DNA of 64,000 nt from Candidatus Nomurabacteria bacterium RIFCSPHIGHO2_12_FULL_42_19 (GCA_001786955.1 MFUM01000004.1:4457-68456); one strand, 5' to 3'; positions 53,587 through 62,661 are shown, counted from the first letter of the stretch. Translations and numbers: made by a program. Notes: generated by a model not told the origin, from the letters alone.

Positions 53587-53988
53587 TTATTTTGGAATAA
53601 TAACTTTTTTTTCTAAAATTTTTATCACTTGGTCAATTACTTCTGCCGGAGTAGAATTCGCCTTCACGATATATCCGGCTACTCCCAGCCGATTGCCTTC
53701 GTCAATATCTGATTGCTGGCTTTTATTGGATAAAACTATTTTCAAGCAATTCGGACACAATTTTTGCATATTTATTTTCGCCAGCATCTCAAAACCGTCC
53801 ATCTCCGGCATAATGATATCCATCAGCATGACATCAGGGCTTAATCCGCCTTTAAGTTTTTCTAGAGCCTGTCCGCCGCTTGGCGCCGTATAAACCTCAA
53901 AATTATTTTGGCTGAATTTAAGCGCATACATATCCAAAAGAAAGCTATCGTCATCAACTATTAAAATTTTTCTTTTTTCGCCTTCCAT
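53587..53988 (-). CDS. single-domain response regulator (receiver only)
   Basis: KILIVDDD...LMDIIMPEMDG...VLSNK receiver motifs. ATG at 53988. Confidence 0.8.
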   Translation of the reverse strand: MEGEKRKILIVDDDSFLLDMYALKFSQNNFEVYTAPSGGQALEKLKGGLSPDVMLMDIIMPEMDGFEMLAKINMQKLCPNCLKIVLSNKSQQSDIDEGNRLGVAGYIVKANSTPAEVIDQVIKILEKKVIIPK

Positions 53989-54065
53989 ATAATATTCCTT
54001 CTTTAAGCCAACATCCCCAATTATACTATAAAACAGCCACCAAGAGAAATTCATTGTTGCACATT

Positions 54066-55808
54066 CTATTCGCTCTCATTGCTGAAATTGTAGACTTCCG
54101 TGAAAGGAATTATGCCTTGCAGGGACTTTAACATGGCATCTTCTCTCATCATCAGCATTCCTTTACTGCGGGCCAATTTGTAAATTGCCGCATTGGTGGG
54201 ATTTTTCAGTATTATAGCCTGCATTTCCTTGTCAATTTTAAACATTTCAAAAACAGCAATACGGCCGCGTGTTCCGGAAGGACATTCGGGAGACGGTACG
54301 GTATCGTACATCTTGTCGCCTATTTTCGGCTTGAATTCAGCCGGTAAATCTTTCATTTGCTCTTCAATCTGCATCCTGACGCTTTGATCCATCGGCATCT
54401 CTTTGCGTGAAGACGGAAAGGTCATCCGAGCCAGACGCTGGGCAATAGAAACAATCAATGTCGGCGCAATCAAATATGGGTCAACTCCCATGTCCACAAG
54501 GCGAGGGACCGCGCCAATCGCGTTATTGGTATGAAGCGTAGAGAGCACGAGGTGTCCGGTCAAAGCCGCCTGAATCGCGAGCTGGGCCGTCTCCTTGTCG
54601 CGGATTTCTCCAACCATGATTATGTCCGGGTCCTGGCGCAGGATTGAACGAAGTCCTGAAGCAAACGTATAGCCAATCTCGGGCATCATTTGCGACTGAT
54701 TAATATCCGGCATATGATACTCCACCGGATCCTCCAAAGACACAATATTGCTTTTTTCCTTATCCAGCTCATTCATCATTGAATACAGAGTAGTTGATTT
54801 TCCGGATCCTGTCGGGCCGGTAATCAGGATAAGCCCATACGGCTTTTTTATCGCTTCTCTGATTATGTTCAGATTTGTTTCCGATAGGCCTAATTGGTCC
54901 AGCGGCTTGACTCCTTTTTCGGAATCCAGAATACGCATGACAACTTTTTCGCCATAATATGCCGGCATGGTGGAAACGCGAAAATCAATCTTGCGCCCGT
55001 CAATATTAGCGCTAAAAGACCCGTCTTGAGGCTTACGTTTCTCGTCCAATCGCAGCTTGGAAAGAATTTTTATACGCGCTACAATCCCGCCATAAACATT
55101 CGGCGGCAATACTATTGTGGTATGAAGCGCGCCATCCACCCGAAAACGTACTTTTACTTTTTCCCCCGTGTATTCAATGTGTATATCCGAAGCGCCTCCT
55201 TCAATGGCGTTGCGAAGTATGACGGCGACAATTTTTATAACCGGCGCGTCTTCCACTATTTTTGCTTCTTCGCCCGGTTTTATATTTTTAATTTCTTTGC
55301 TTAAATTTTCCTCGCTCAAGCTTTTAACATTGGCCATCTCCTCCTGACTCAATTCTTTAAGAGCTTCTTCAACTTGGCTTCCTATGCCCTTGTAAGTTTC
55401 CATAATGCCTTCATAATCGCTTTTGGAAATAAGAAAAATTTTGAAGGGAATGCCGATTTTGGTGGAAATAAACTGCAACGCATCCATCGCCTGTATATTT
55501 TCCGGGTCCATTACTCCCACTTCCAATACTCCGTCTTTCAACTCAATCGGGGCAAAATGATAATGGGTCGCCGAGTCTTCCGAAATATATTTCAGGGCAT
55601 CAAAAGATGTTTCTGCCGGATTTATATTTTTCACCGGTATGCCCAAATATTCTCCTTTTAGTTCAAGAATTTTTTCTTCCGGAACGCCGGACTCAATCAG
55701 CACTTCGTCAACATCACCGTCATAATCCCGGCTTGCACGGCTTTTAATCTCGCTTATTTGGCCTTCTTTGATTACGCCTCTTTTAGCTAATTCTTCTAAA
55801 AAGCTCAT
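54066..55808 (-). CDS. pilB: type IV pilus assembly ATPase PilB (GspE family)
   Basis: GPTGSGKSTT, the Asp and His boxes, and the tetracysteine-position region. Confidence 0.9.
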   Translation of the reverse strand: MSFLEELAKRGVIKEGQISEIKSRASRDYDGDVDEVLIESGVPEEKILELKGEYLGIPVKNINPAETSFDALKYISEDSATHYHFAPIELKDGVLEVGVMDPENIQAMDALQFISTKIGIPFKIFLISKSDYEGIMETYKGIGSQVEEALKELSQEEMANVKSLSEENLSKEIKNIKPGEEAKIVEDAPVIKIVAVILRNAIEGGASDIHIEYTGEKVKVRFRVDGALHTTIVLPPNVYGGIVARIKILSKLRLDEKRKPQDGSFSANIDGRKIDFRVSTMPAYYGEKVVMRILDSEKGVKPLDQLGLSETNLNIIREAIKKPYGLILITGPTGSGKSTTLYSMMNELDKEKSNIVSLEDPVEYHMPDINQSQMMPEIGYTFASGLRSILRQDPDIIMVGEIRDKETAQLAIQAALTGHLVLSTLHTNNAIGAVPRLVDMGVDPYLIAPTLIVSIAQRLARMTFPSSRKEMPMDQSVRMQIEEQMKDLPAEFKPKIGDKMYDTVPSPECPSGTRGRIAVFEMFKIDKEMQAIILKNPTNAAIYKLARSKGMLMMREDAMLKSLQGIIPFTEVYNFSNESE

Positions 55809-55817
55809 AAATTAAAA

Positions 55818-56243
55818 TTAAGGAACGATTGGCGTCTGATTGTTTGGGATCGTATTTGGAACATTTGAGACATCGAGAGGCGCGGATATATTTTCAGCGC
55901 CAAATTGGGCAAAAGGATTTGGTCTGCCTTCGGTGCCATCCGGTATAAGATTTATTGGAGTATCGTGTAAATTAATAAACGCCGGATCGGAAAAAACAGC
56001 ATCATTCAATTTTATATTCTTGACATTCAATAGCAAGGTAAGAAAATCCCTGGCAACCAAAGAGGTCGGGTTTTGAATATTTATATCCGCAGGTAAATTA
56101 TTCGCGTCCGGCAATGAAGTATTGGAAGGCGATAAAACCAAACTACCTTGATCGGGGGATGATTTTATGAAAAAAACATAAATCAAAACAAAAATCCCGG
56201 CGATTATTACAAATATTATGATGTTTCTGATTTTGGGAATCAT
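55818..56243 (-). CDS. hypothetical membrane-anchored pilus-cluster protein
   Basis: N-terminal TM and a Pro/Asn-rich ectodomain. Confidence 0.4.
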   Translation of the reverse strand: MIPKIRNIIIFVIIAGIFVLIYVFFIKSSPDQGSLVLSPSNTSLPDANNLPADINIQNPTSLVARDFLTLLLNVKNIKLNDAVFSDPAFINLHDTPINLIPDGTEGRPNPFAQFGAENISAPLDVSNVPNTIPNNQTPIVP

Positions 56244-56244
56244 T

Positions 56245-56850
56245 TTAATTTTTTAGCCAATAAGTTCTAATGTGAAAATTATATTTGTAAACTTCGGAAG
56301 AAGAAGCCGATTTTGTATTGATGTTCACGCCCGTATCGGATGAAAAGGCAATTGATGATATGTCCACAATCCTGAGATTACTTTCCAGGTTCTTGGTAAA
56401 ATTAATAAAATTATGATAAGTTCCCGATGTGGAAAATTCCAAATCAAAAATTCCATAATCCTTGTGCGCCGGCTTGGCAATTCCGCCCTGGACCACCGCT
56501 GTTGTTGTAGTCGCCACGGCATTTGTATCCGTTGTGTTATATTTTACATCTTTCAAAACCATTCCATAAGGCGACGCCATTTGTTCTATTTCAAGAATCA
56601 GACGGATATTGTCAACATTCTCAGGCAGGAGTTTTTTAATTTTTATTAAATTTTCCGGATCAACAGCATTGTATTTGGCGGTCAATTTATCCCGTTCGTT
56701 TTCAAGCATTTTAGAATTGTCAAGCGCTTCATTATAAGCTGTGGCCTGGATTTTTAATGCGGACACATCTTCATAAAGGGGATTAGCAAATACGAAAAAG
56801 ACAGAGACTGCGATTCCTATCAAGATAATTGGCATGATAAATCTCATCAT
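56245..56850 (-). CDS. pilO: PilO-like pilus biogenesis protein
   Basis: N-terminal TM plus coiled coil, in the position after the pilN-like gene. Confidence 0.5.
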   Translation of the reverse strand: MMRFIMPIILIGIAVSVFFVFANPLYEDVSALKIQATAYNEALDNSKMLENERDKLTAKYNAVDPENLIKIKKLLPENVDNIRLILEIEQMASPYGMVLKDVKYNTTDTNAVATTTTAVVQGGIAKPAHKDYGIFDLEFSTSGTYHNFINFTKNLESNLRIVDISSIAFSSDTGVNINTKSASSSEVYKYNFHIRTYWLKN

Positions 56851-56856
56851 AAAAAT

Positions 56857-57447
56857 TTAACTCTGGAGTGTCTGTTTATAATTGACAAAACTCGGATCGA
56901 CCGAAAATTCCAAATCAAAAAGAACACTGCCTTTGTCGTCCAGGGTTAGGTTGGAAAAAATAGGATCAATCAAATTTTTATTTTTAGCGAACAAGTCAGA
57001 TTGAAGCGCCACCGAACTATAGCCGATTGCCTGTCCGGATATTTTAATGCTTATCCTGGTATTTTTATCCGTTTCAAGATTATAGCCGAATTTGGTATAG
57101 CGGATGGTTTTCATGGTAATGCTATCCAGCGTATTGAAAACGGGAGTAATGGCAATATGTTTGGATAAAATTTCGCTTGCTGCGCGCAGACGCCTGTCTA
57201 AAGTTTGCAATTCGGTTATTTTAGAAGGCTCAAAACGATTTTTGGCCAAGTTAAGGGTGTTCTCCATTTTCGTAATGTTTTTTATTACGATTCCTTTATA
57301 AAAATAAAGGCCTCCGGTTGCTAAAAGCACGGCGAATAAAACAAAAATAGAAGCAATAAGCAAAATACCGACAGGCCGCGCGGAAACAGCGCGCTCCCTG
57401 ACTATGGGTTTTTTGGGTATAAATGATGTTTGAAAATTTTGATCCAT
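56857..57447 (-). CDS. pilN: PilN-like pilus biogenesis protein
   Basis: Short cytoplasmic N-terminus, single TM and coiled coil. Follows pilM. Confidence 0.5.
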   Translation of the reverse strand: MDQNFQTSFIPKKPIVRERAVSARPVGILLIASIFVLFAVLLATGGLYFYKGIVIKNITKMENTLNLAKNRFEPSKITELQTLDRRLRAASEILSKHIAITPVFNTLDSITMKTIRYTKFGYNLETDKNTRISIKISGQAIGYSSVALQSDLFAKNKNLIDPIFSNLTLDDKGSVLFDLEFSVDPSFVNYKQTLQS

Positions 57448-57474
57448 CTTCTTTTCCTTGCTTTATTATCGCAC

Positions 57475-58602
57475 TTATTGTAATTTTCGCAATGCCAAAC
57501 CCAAGGCAACCGCGAATTCAGGGCCCATAGTTTCAAGAACTTTTTCCAGAAACGCCGGCGCACTTACCTTGGAAAAAGGACGGCCAATTTCTATTTCCGC
57601 CCGGAAATTATTTACCGCCACCTCTTTCAGTCCTTTCAAAAGGGACCCGCCACCGGTAAATATTACCTTGCTGATAGTCCGATTATACTTCTTTTCGTAT
57701 CCCAACAACACATTATTAATCTCGGAAAAGATATAATCAATATGAACTTTAATAATATCAGCCAAGCTTTTTTCTGCCGGGTTTCCAAAAAGGCCGAATT
57801 CCTTCTTTATTTTTTCCGCTTCCGAAAAAGAAATGCTCAAAGACTTGGAAATGGAATTGGAAATGTCCGCTCCTCCCCTGTCTATCGTGTGATAACCCTT
57901 AACCATGCCGAATTCAACGATAGAAAGCTTGGTATGCGACGCGCCGAAATCTATCAGTAAAACCGGGGAAAGCTCGTGTTCAAAGTTTGCCCGGATGGAA
58001 GAAAATATTTCAATCTCAAAAAAAGAAGCCGAGAGACTGCACTGGGAAACAATTGAACGGTACTTGGCAACCGCATCGTTTTGCGTGGCGACGACCAGCA
58101 CGTTTATCTTGTCTGCCGGCTGGGGCGGCAAATCGGCATTGTTCGCTTCCTCAAAAGAAGCTTCTCTTTTCGGCAATATGAAATAATCAATGGAAACCTC
58201 GGTAATCGGCACCGGGATATATTTGCGGGCTTCGGTAGGAATAATCGCGGCTATTTCGGCGTCTTGTATCTGAGCCGGGAGCTCAATGGTAAAAATCAGG
58301 CTTGATTGAACCGGAATGGAAAGGGCTGGAGAGGCGCCGGTCACGCCGGATTGCTTGAGAACTTCCTGCAGAGCCAGCACGATTTTTTCAATGGGAAGAT
58401 TGGTAACGCGCCCTGCATCAAGATCGGCGTAAGGACCAAGCGCTATCGCTCCATAAGTTTCAAGTACTGCTTTGCCTCCTTTTCTTTTAATTTCAACCAC
58501 CTTAATCGCCGAAGAACCGATGTCAACACCAACAGCGCTGTTTCCATCGCTGCCCTGAAGCCTGCTGAAACTTGAAAAAAGATTTTTTAATAAATTATTC
58601 AT
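57475..58602 (-). CDS. pilM: type IV pilus assembly protein PilM (actin-like ATPase fold)
   Basis: VGVDIGSSAIKVVE, DFGASHT and FTGGGSLLKGL. Confidence 0.85.
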   Translation of the reverse strand: MNNLLKNLFSSFSRLQGSDGNSAVGVDIGSSAIKVVEIKRKGGKAVLETYGAIALGPYADLDAGRVTNLPIEKIVLALQEVLKQSGVTGASPALSIPVQSSLIFTIELPAQIQDAEIAAIIPTEARKYIPVPITEVSIDYFILPKREASFEEANNADLPPQPADKINVLVVATQNDAVAKYRSIVSQCSLSASFFEIEIFSSIRANFEHELSPVLLIDFGASHTKLSIVEFGMVKGYHTIDRGGADISNSISKSLSISFSEAEKIKKEFGLFGNPAEKSLADIIKVHIDYIFSEINNVLLGYEKKYNRTISKVIFTGGGSLLKGLKEVAVNNFRAEIEIGRPFSKVSAPAFLEKVLETMGPEFAVALGLALRKLQ

Positions 58603-58641
58603 CCTTAATTTATGCTAAAATACCCCTTAAGTATAACATAT

Positions 58642-59292
58642 ATGAGTTTTTTAAACACCATATTAGGCATAGTTTTTCCCGTAAAATGCATATTGTGCGG
58701 CAAAACCGGGGTGGATTTATGCCTTGAATGCCTTAAAGACGCTCCGGCAGCCGAACGCGAGAGCGCAAGATGGATTTTCCCCCTTTATGATTATCGCCAC
58801 CCGGGCATCAAAAAGGCATTATGGTTCCTAAAATATAAAGGCAGGAAAAGATTGGCGGACGTTTTTGCGGAAATTATTTATGGCAGGATTTTGGAAGAAT
58901 TGTCCGATTTGTCCGTAATGGAAAACTTTAACAATGCTATTTTGGTCCCGATTCCCCTTTCGCCGAAAAGATACCGCGAACGGGGATTTAATCAGGCAGA
59001 ATTAATTTGCAAAAAGCTTATTGAGATAGATCAAGATGAAAATTTCAGATTGGAAGAAAATGTCTTGATAAAAATAAAAAATACCGAGCACCAGGTGCGT
59101 ATACAGGATCGGCGCGCCAGGTTAAAAAATCTAATTGGCTCGTTTGCGGTAAAAAATGAAGCATTGGTAAAAAATAAAAATATAATCCTGATAGACGATG
59201 TCACGACCACCGGCGCGACCTTAAACGAAGCGCGGAAAACTTTAAAGCAGGCGGGCGCACGAAAAATAATTGCTTTCACGATTGCGCATTAA
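58642..59292 (+). CDS. comF: ComF family phosphoribosyltransferase-domain protein
   Basis: N-terminal CxxC...CxxC and a C-terminal PRT motif ILIDDVTTTGATL. Confidence 0.8.
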   Translation: MSFLNTILGIVFPVKCILCGKTGVDLCLECLKDAPAAERESARWIFPLYDYRHPGIKKALWFLKYKGRKRLADVFAEIIYGRILEELSDLSVMENFNNAILVPIPLSPKRYRERGFNQAELICKKLIEIDQDENFRLEENVLIKIKNTEHQVRIQDRRARLKNLIGSFAVKNEALVKNKNIILIDDVTTTGATLNEARKTLKQAGARKIIAFTIAH

Positions 59293-59330
59293 GACATCTA
59301 TTTAAAAAATTTTATATTCTCATATTTTAT

Positions 59331-59339
59331 TGCTATAAT
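59331..59339 (+). promoter_or_regulatory. extended -10 TGcTATAAT, 7 nt before the ATG at 59347 (leaderless-type)
   Basis: The track start at 59338 lies inside the -10 hexamer. Confidence 0.45.
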
Positions 59340-59346
59340 GATTTTC

Positions 59347-60564
59347 ATGAAACACTGCAAGGATTGCGAGCCGGCGCAGGAGAGCCATTTCGTGGCATAT
59401 ACTTCCGTTGTTCTGAGCTGGATAGACGAGCCGTTTTTCGACCTGATGGAAAGAATTTTCAAAAATATCGCCGAGACGTTGGCGGATGAAATTACCCTGC
59501 CTTTTTTTAAATTAATGGTTTTTTTAAAGCTCGGGCATTGGAGCGACAAGCCTGACGGCAAAGATACTTGGCGCACGAAGTGCTTCTGGGAAGAAGCGGA
59601 ACGGCGCGGGATAAAGATGCGCGAATTCCATTTGGGCCCTATTAAAGACGCTTTCATCGCGGAATATAAAGGCCCGCCTTCGCTAAAGCTTCGGCGGACA
59701 AGCAAAACAATACTCTTTGACGGTCTGCCCCGCCCCGGTTTTAAAGAATCCCCGGCGCTCAAATGGATGGACAATAAAGGCATAATGAAAGTAAAATTCC
59801 TGAAAGAAGGCTTGCCAATCGCGAATGGCGGAGTGGCTTTTACTAAAAGAGGCGCATTAAAAATTTTTAATAGCATAGCAAAACCGGTTATCACTAAGCC
59901 GAATCTAGGTTCCAGGAGCCGACACACGATGATACACATAAATACCGGAGAAGGCCTGATTGCCGGCTTTAAAAAAGCGAAAAAGTTGTCTCCGCTTGTC
60001 GTGATTGAAGAAGAATTGCGCGGATATTTATTCAGAGGCACTTTAATCGGCGGGAAATTAGCCGGAGTGGTCCGGCGCGACCAACCGGAAGTCACCGGCG
60101 ATGGCATGCATACTTTGAAGGAATTAATGGAAGAAGAAAATAAAAGACCGGAACGCAACGGCCCGATTTTTCATAAAATAATCGTGGATAAAGAAATGGA
60201 AATAGAATTAAAAAGAGAAAATATAACCATGGATGATGTTCCGGAAACGGGAAAAGTCGTGACTTTTTCCCAAAAGACAAGCCGGAGCTGCGGCGGGACC
60301 ACGACTGAAGTTACGGACATTGTGCATCTCGAGAATGTGGAAATGCTGGAGCATGTTGCCAGATTTTTGGACGACCCGCTCATCGGTGTAGATTTTATAA
60401 TTGAAGATATTACCAAGTCGTGGAAAGAAGAACAGCATTGCGGAATAATTGAATGCAACAGCTTGCCTTTCATAGATTTGCACCACTATCCTCTTTTTGG
60501 GAAACCGAACAATGTCGCCGGCAAGCTTTGGGATTTGGTATTGCCGGAATCAAAAATAGATTAA
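59347..60564 (+). CDS. stand-alone ATP-grasp protein resembling the N-terminal module of cyanophycin synthetase
   Basis: PVITKPNLGSRSRH, VVIEEELRGYLFR, VTGDGMHTLKELMEEEN..RPE, and GGTTTEVTD..H.EN...IGVDFI..D all resemble the CphA ATP-grasp domain. No Mur-ligase part. Confidence 0.6.
   Translation: MKHCKDCEPAQESHFVAYTSVVLSWIDEPFFDLMERIFKNIAETLADEITLPFFKLMVFLKLGHWSDKPDGKDTWRTKCFWEEAERRGIKMREFHLGPIKDAFIAEYKGPPSLKLRRTSKTILFDGLPRPGFKESPALKWMDNKGIMKVKFLKEGLPIANGGVAFTKRGALKIFNSIAKPVITKPNLGSRSRHTMIHINTGEGLIAGFKKAKKLSPLVVIEEELRGYLFRGTLIGGKLAGVVRRDQPEVTGDGMHTLKELMEEENKRPERNGPIFHKIIVDKEMEIELKRENITMDDVPETGKVVTFSQKTSRSCGGTTTEVTDIVHLENVEMLEHVARFLDDPLIGVDFIIEDITKSWKEEQHCGIIECNSLPFIDLHHYPLFGKPNNVAGKLWDLVLPESKID
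59673..59697. repeat. family G hairpin element, in frame in the cphA-like gene
   Basis: CCCGCCTTCGCTAAAGCTTCGGCGG encodes PPSLKLRR. Confidence 0.5.
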
Positions 60565-61064
60565 ATTCGTTTTAGTGTTTCTATGGAAATCTCTGATTTA
60601 GGGTCAAAAGCGTCTGGATCCATTTTAAGATGCGATACATATTTTCTCTCAACAGCAAATTCGCCTAAGAATTTTAAAAAATCTTCTTTGGTTTCCCTCT
60701 CTCCTTTTTCCTCCAGGTGTTCAAGAGGATGCGCTTCCGGGGTAAATTCAAAATGCCCGCATATTTCTCCGTCTTTATAAACTCGTAAATGATACTGGTC
60801 TTGGAAATCCGTTAATTTCCTCCAGCTCAAAACTTGGTCCTCATCCACCCAAGCGATAAAGTGATTGCCGAAACCCCATTCATCGTGGAGATGCTGTTTA
60901 AGCCCTTCCAGAGTCTTTCCGGGCGTCAACCAGCCAATATGGTATTTTTGCCTGCCTTTCTTGTGCCAAATAAGACCGGCTTTTAAAAGAATTTTGCGAA
61001 AGGGCAGGAAAAAACTATATATAAAATCCCAAATTTTTTGCTTTAGTTTGTCTTCCGGAGTCAT
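60561..61064 (-). CDS. hypothetical protein (167 aa)
   Basis: ORF only. Confidence 0.4.
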   Translation of the reverse strand: MTPEDKLKQKIWDFIYSFFLPFRKILLKAGLIWHKKGRQKYHIGWLTPGKTLEGLKQHLHDEWGFGNHFIAWVDEDQVLSWRKLTDFQDQYHLRVYKDGEICGHFEFTPEAHPLEHLEEKGERETKEDFLKFLGEFAVERKYVSHLKMDPDAFDPKSEISIETLKRI

Positions 61065-61085
61065 AAAAACAATATAGCACGAAAA

Positions 61086-61487
61086 CTATTCGGTAGTCAC
61101 CCCGTCAAATTCCGGGCTATCGGCTTCTGCTTCGGCGCGAGTCGCCCGCATTACGCCGTCCTTGTGGTGCGCCGGGGAATAAATCGTGTAAAGTTTCAAG
61201 GCTTCGGTCTGTGAAATATTAACTACATTATGCTCCGCGCCAGCCGGCACGATGACCGCATCGCCGTCACCGACCGCGTATTCATTGCCGTCGATAAATA
61301 CCTTTCCTTCTCCTTTTTCAAAGCGGAAAAATTGGTCGTTGTCTTTGTGAATTTCAAGGCCGATTTCTTCGCCGGGCTTGAGGGCCATCAGCACAAGTTG
61401 GTTGTGCGCTCCGGTATATAAAACTTTCCGAAAATTATTATTTTCAAGAGTCAGTTTTTCTATATTATTTTTATATCCTTTTTTCAT
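61086..61487 (-). CDS. cupin domain protein
   Basis: GEEIGLEIH...GDAVIVPAGAEHNV two-motif cupin pattern. Confidence 0.75.
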   Translation of the reverse strand: MKKGYKNNIEKLTLENNNFRKVLYTGAHNQLVLMALKPGEEIGLEIHKDNDQFFRFEKGEGKVFIDGNEYAVGDGDAVIVPAGAEHNVVNISQTEALKLYTIYSPAHHKDGVMRATRAEAEADSPEFDGVTTE

Positions 61488-61553
61488 AAATATATTATAT
61501 CACTTTTTTAATTTTGGGCGGGACACTCGGATCGGCATGGCAGTCTGTTTATT

Positions 61554-62120
61554 TTAAAGATTTTTGCTCAACTGTTCTACAACCTTCCCTAACTCAATCC
61601 AAGATGTTTTACGCCCTCCGTTTTGTTCCAGCCAGGAGCTTTCCAAATCAATAAGTCGAACACTGTTTTTGCTTCCAAGAGATTTTTCAGGAACTACATA
61701 GAATAACCACTGTAAGGGATTTCGCTGATCACACGTTTTGTTGAAAATTCCATGCCACGCGAATATAAATAATTCGCAGAATCTTCCTTGTTCCTCAATC
61801 TGTTCATCTAGGTGATCTCGTTTAAAATAAGACGGTTTGTTTTTTATTTGTGTAGAAAAAGCGTGAATAGCTTTACTACGGGGCGTCCATAATTGTTTTG
61901 CCGCAGATTGTTTAAGCTGTATGCGAATCCGCTTTATTCCGTTGCCTTTCTGAAAATCCCACGGATGCCAACCTGCAGCCACCCACTCCCATGCAGGATC
62001 GGTGATGAAAAGTGCTTGCCATACCATAGCTTCTGCGTAACTGCCTCGCTCACGATTATCCATAATTTTTTGATTATAGAGATGGTCAATAAGTCTTTTT
62101 ATGATTTCTTTATTGGACAT
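61554..62120 (-). CDS. hypothetical protein, possibly PD-(D/E)XK-like
   Basis: GSYAE...WDF...IQLKQS spacing is reminiscent of restriction-endonuclease-fold motifs. Weak. Confidence 0.3.
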   Translation of the reverse strand: MSNKEIIKRLIDHLYNQKIMDNRERGSYAEAMVWQALFITDPAWEWVAAGWHPWDFQKGNGIKRIRIQLKQSAAKQLWTPRSKAIHAFSTQIKNKPSYFKRDHLDEQIEEQGRFCELFIFAWHGIFNKTCDQRNPLQWLFYVVPEKSLGSKNSVRLIDLESSWLEQNGGRKTSWIELGKVVEQLSKNL

Positions 62121-62148
62121 GTTTGGTTTAAGATTAAGGCAGCGGAGT

Positions 62149-62391
62149 CTACCGATAATAAATTAAATGCTTTTTTAAAAACGCTCGACCGGAGCCAGAT
62201 TTTAAATATTTTTCAAAATTAAAAGCCTTGTATTTGTCTTTTGTTGCAAAGTAAAAATCTAATTCCACTGGCAAACGAGTCGAGGTAGCGGGCACGTTAC
62301 CTTTTTTGTGTCTACTCAATCTGTCTTTCAAATTGTCAGTACAACCAATATAAAAACCATCTTTACATTTTAAACTGTACACATAATACAT
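62149..62391 (-). CDS. GIY-YIG nuclease superfamily protein (80 aa)
   Basis: YYVYSLKC.DGFYIGCTDNLKDRLSRH matches the GIY-YIG N-terminal motif. Confidence 0.8.
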   Translation of the reverse strand: MYYVYSLKCKDGFYIGCTDNLKDRLSRHKKGNVPATSTRLPVELDFYFATKDKYKAFNFEKYLKSGSGRAFLKKHLIYYR

Positions 62392-62476
62392 TGATAAAGT
62401 ATAACAGCGAAGGTCGCCTTCGCAAATCTCCTGGCGGATTTCATCACGCCGAAGGTTTGCTACTGCGAACCGAAGG

Positions 62477-62563
62477 CGGATGAGGTGGGATTCGAACCCA
62501 CGGTCCTTTTAAGGGGACGGCGGTTTAGTAAACCGCTACCTTAAACCACTCGGTCACTCATCC
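62477..62563 (-). tRNA. type II (long variable arm) Ser-like tRNA with anticodon ACU
   Basis: Manual fold: acceptor GGATGAG/CTCATCC, D stem ACC/GGT, anticodon stem GCGGT/ACCGC, loop TTACTAA, T arm GTGGG-TTCGAAT-CCCAC, discriminator G. Confidence 0.7.
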
Positions 62564-62568
62564 AATTT

Positions 62569-62596
62569 TTTATAATAACATAAGGGAGTATAGCAA
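62569..62596 (-). promoter_or_regulatory. promoter TTGCTA-16-TATAAA ending 5 nt before the tRNA(ACU) 5' end
   Basis: -35 at 62596-62591 and -10 at 62574-62569, read on the minus strand. Confidence 0.45.
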
Positions 62597-62610
62597 AAAA
62601 AATGGAAAAA

Positions 62611-62653
62611 TAGCATTAATATGCTAGAGTAATTACGTAATTGATTACGTAAT
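62611..62653. promoter_or_regulatory. cluster of palindromes between the divergent tRNA genes
   Basis: TAGCATtaatATGCTA (62611-62626), AATTACGTAATT (62631-62642) and ATTACGTAAT (62644-62653). Confidence 0.4.
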
Positions 62654-62661
62654 TAATTACA

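Noticed and set aside
59298-60158. 286-aa ORF on the minus strand
   Set aside because: It is fully antisense to the ATP-grasp gene. It has an Arg/Ser/Pro-rich composition typical of shadow ORFs, and no motifs.
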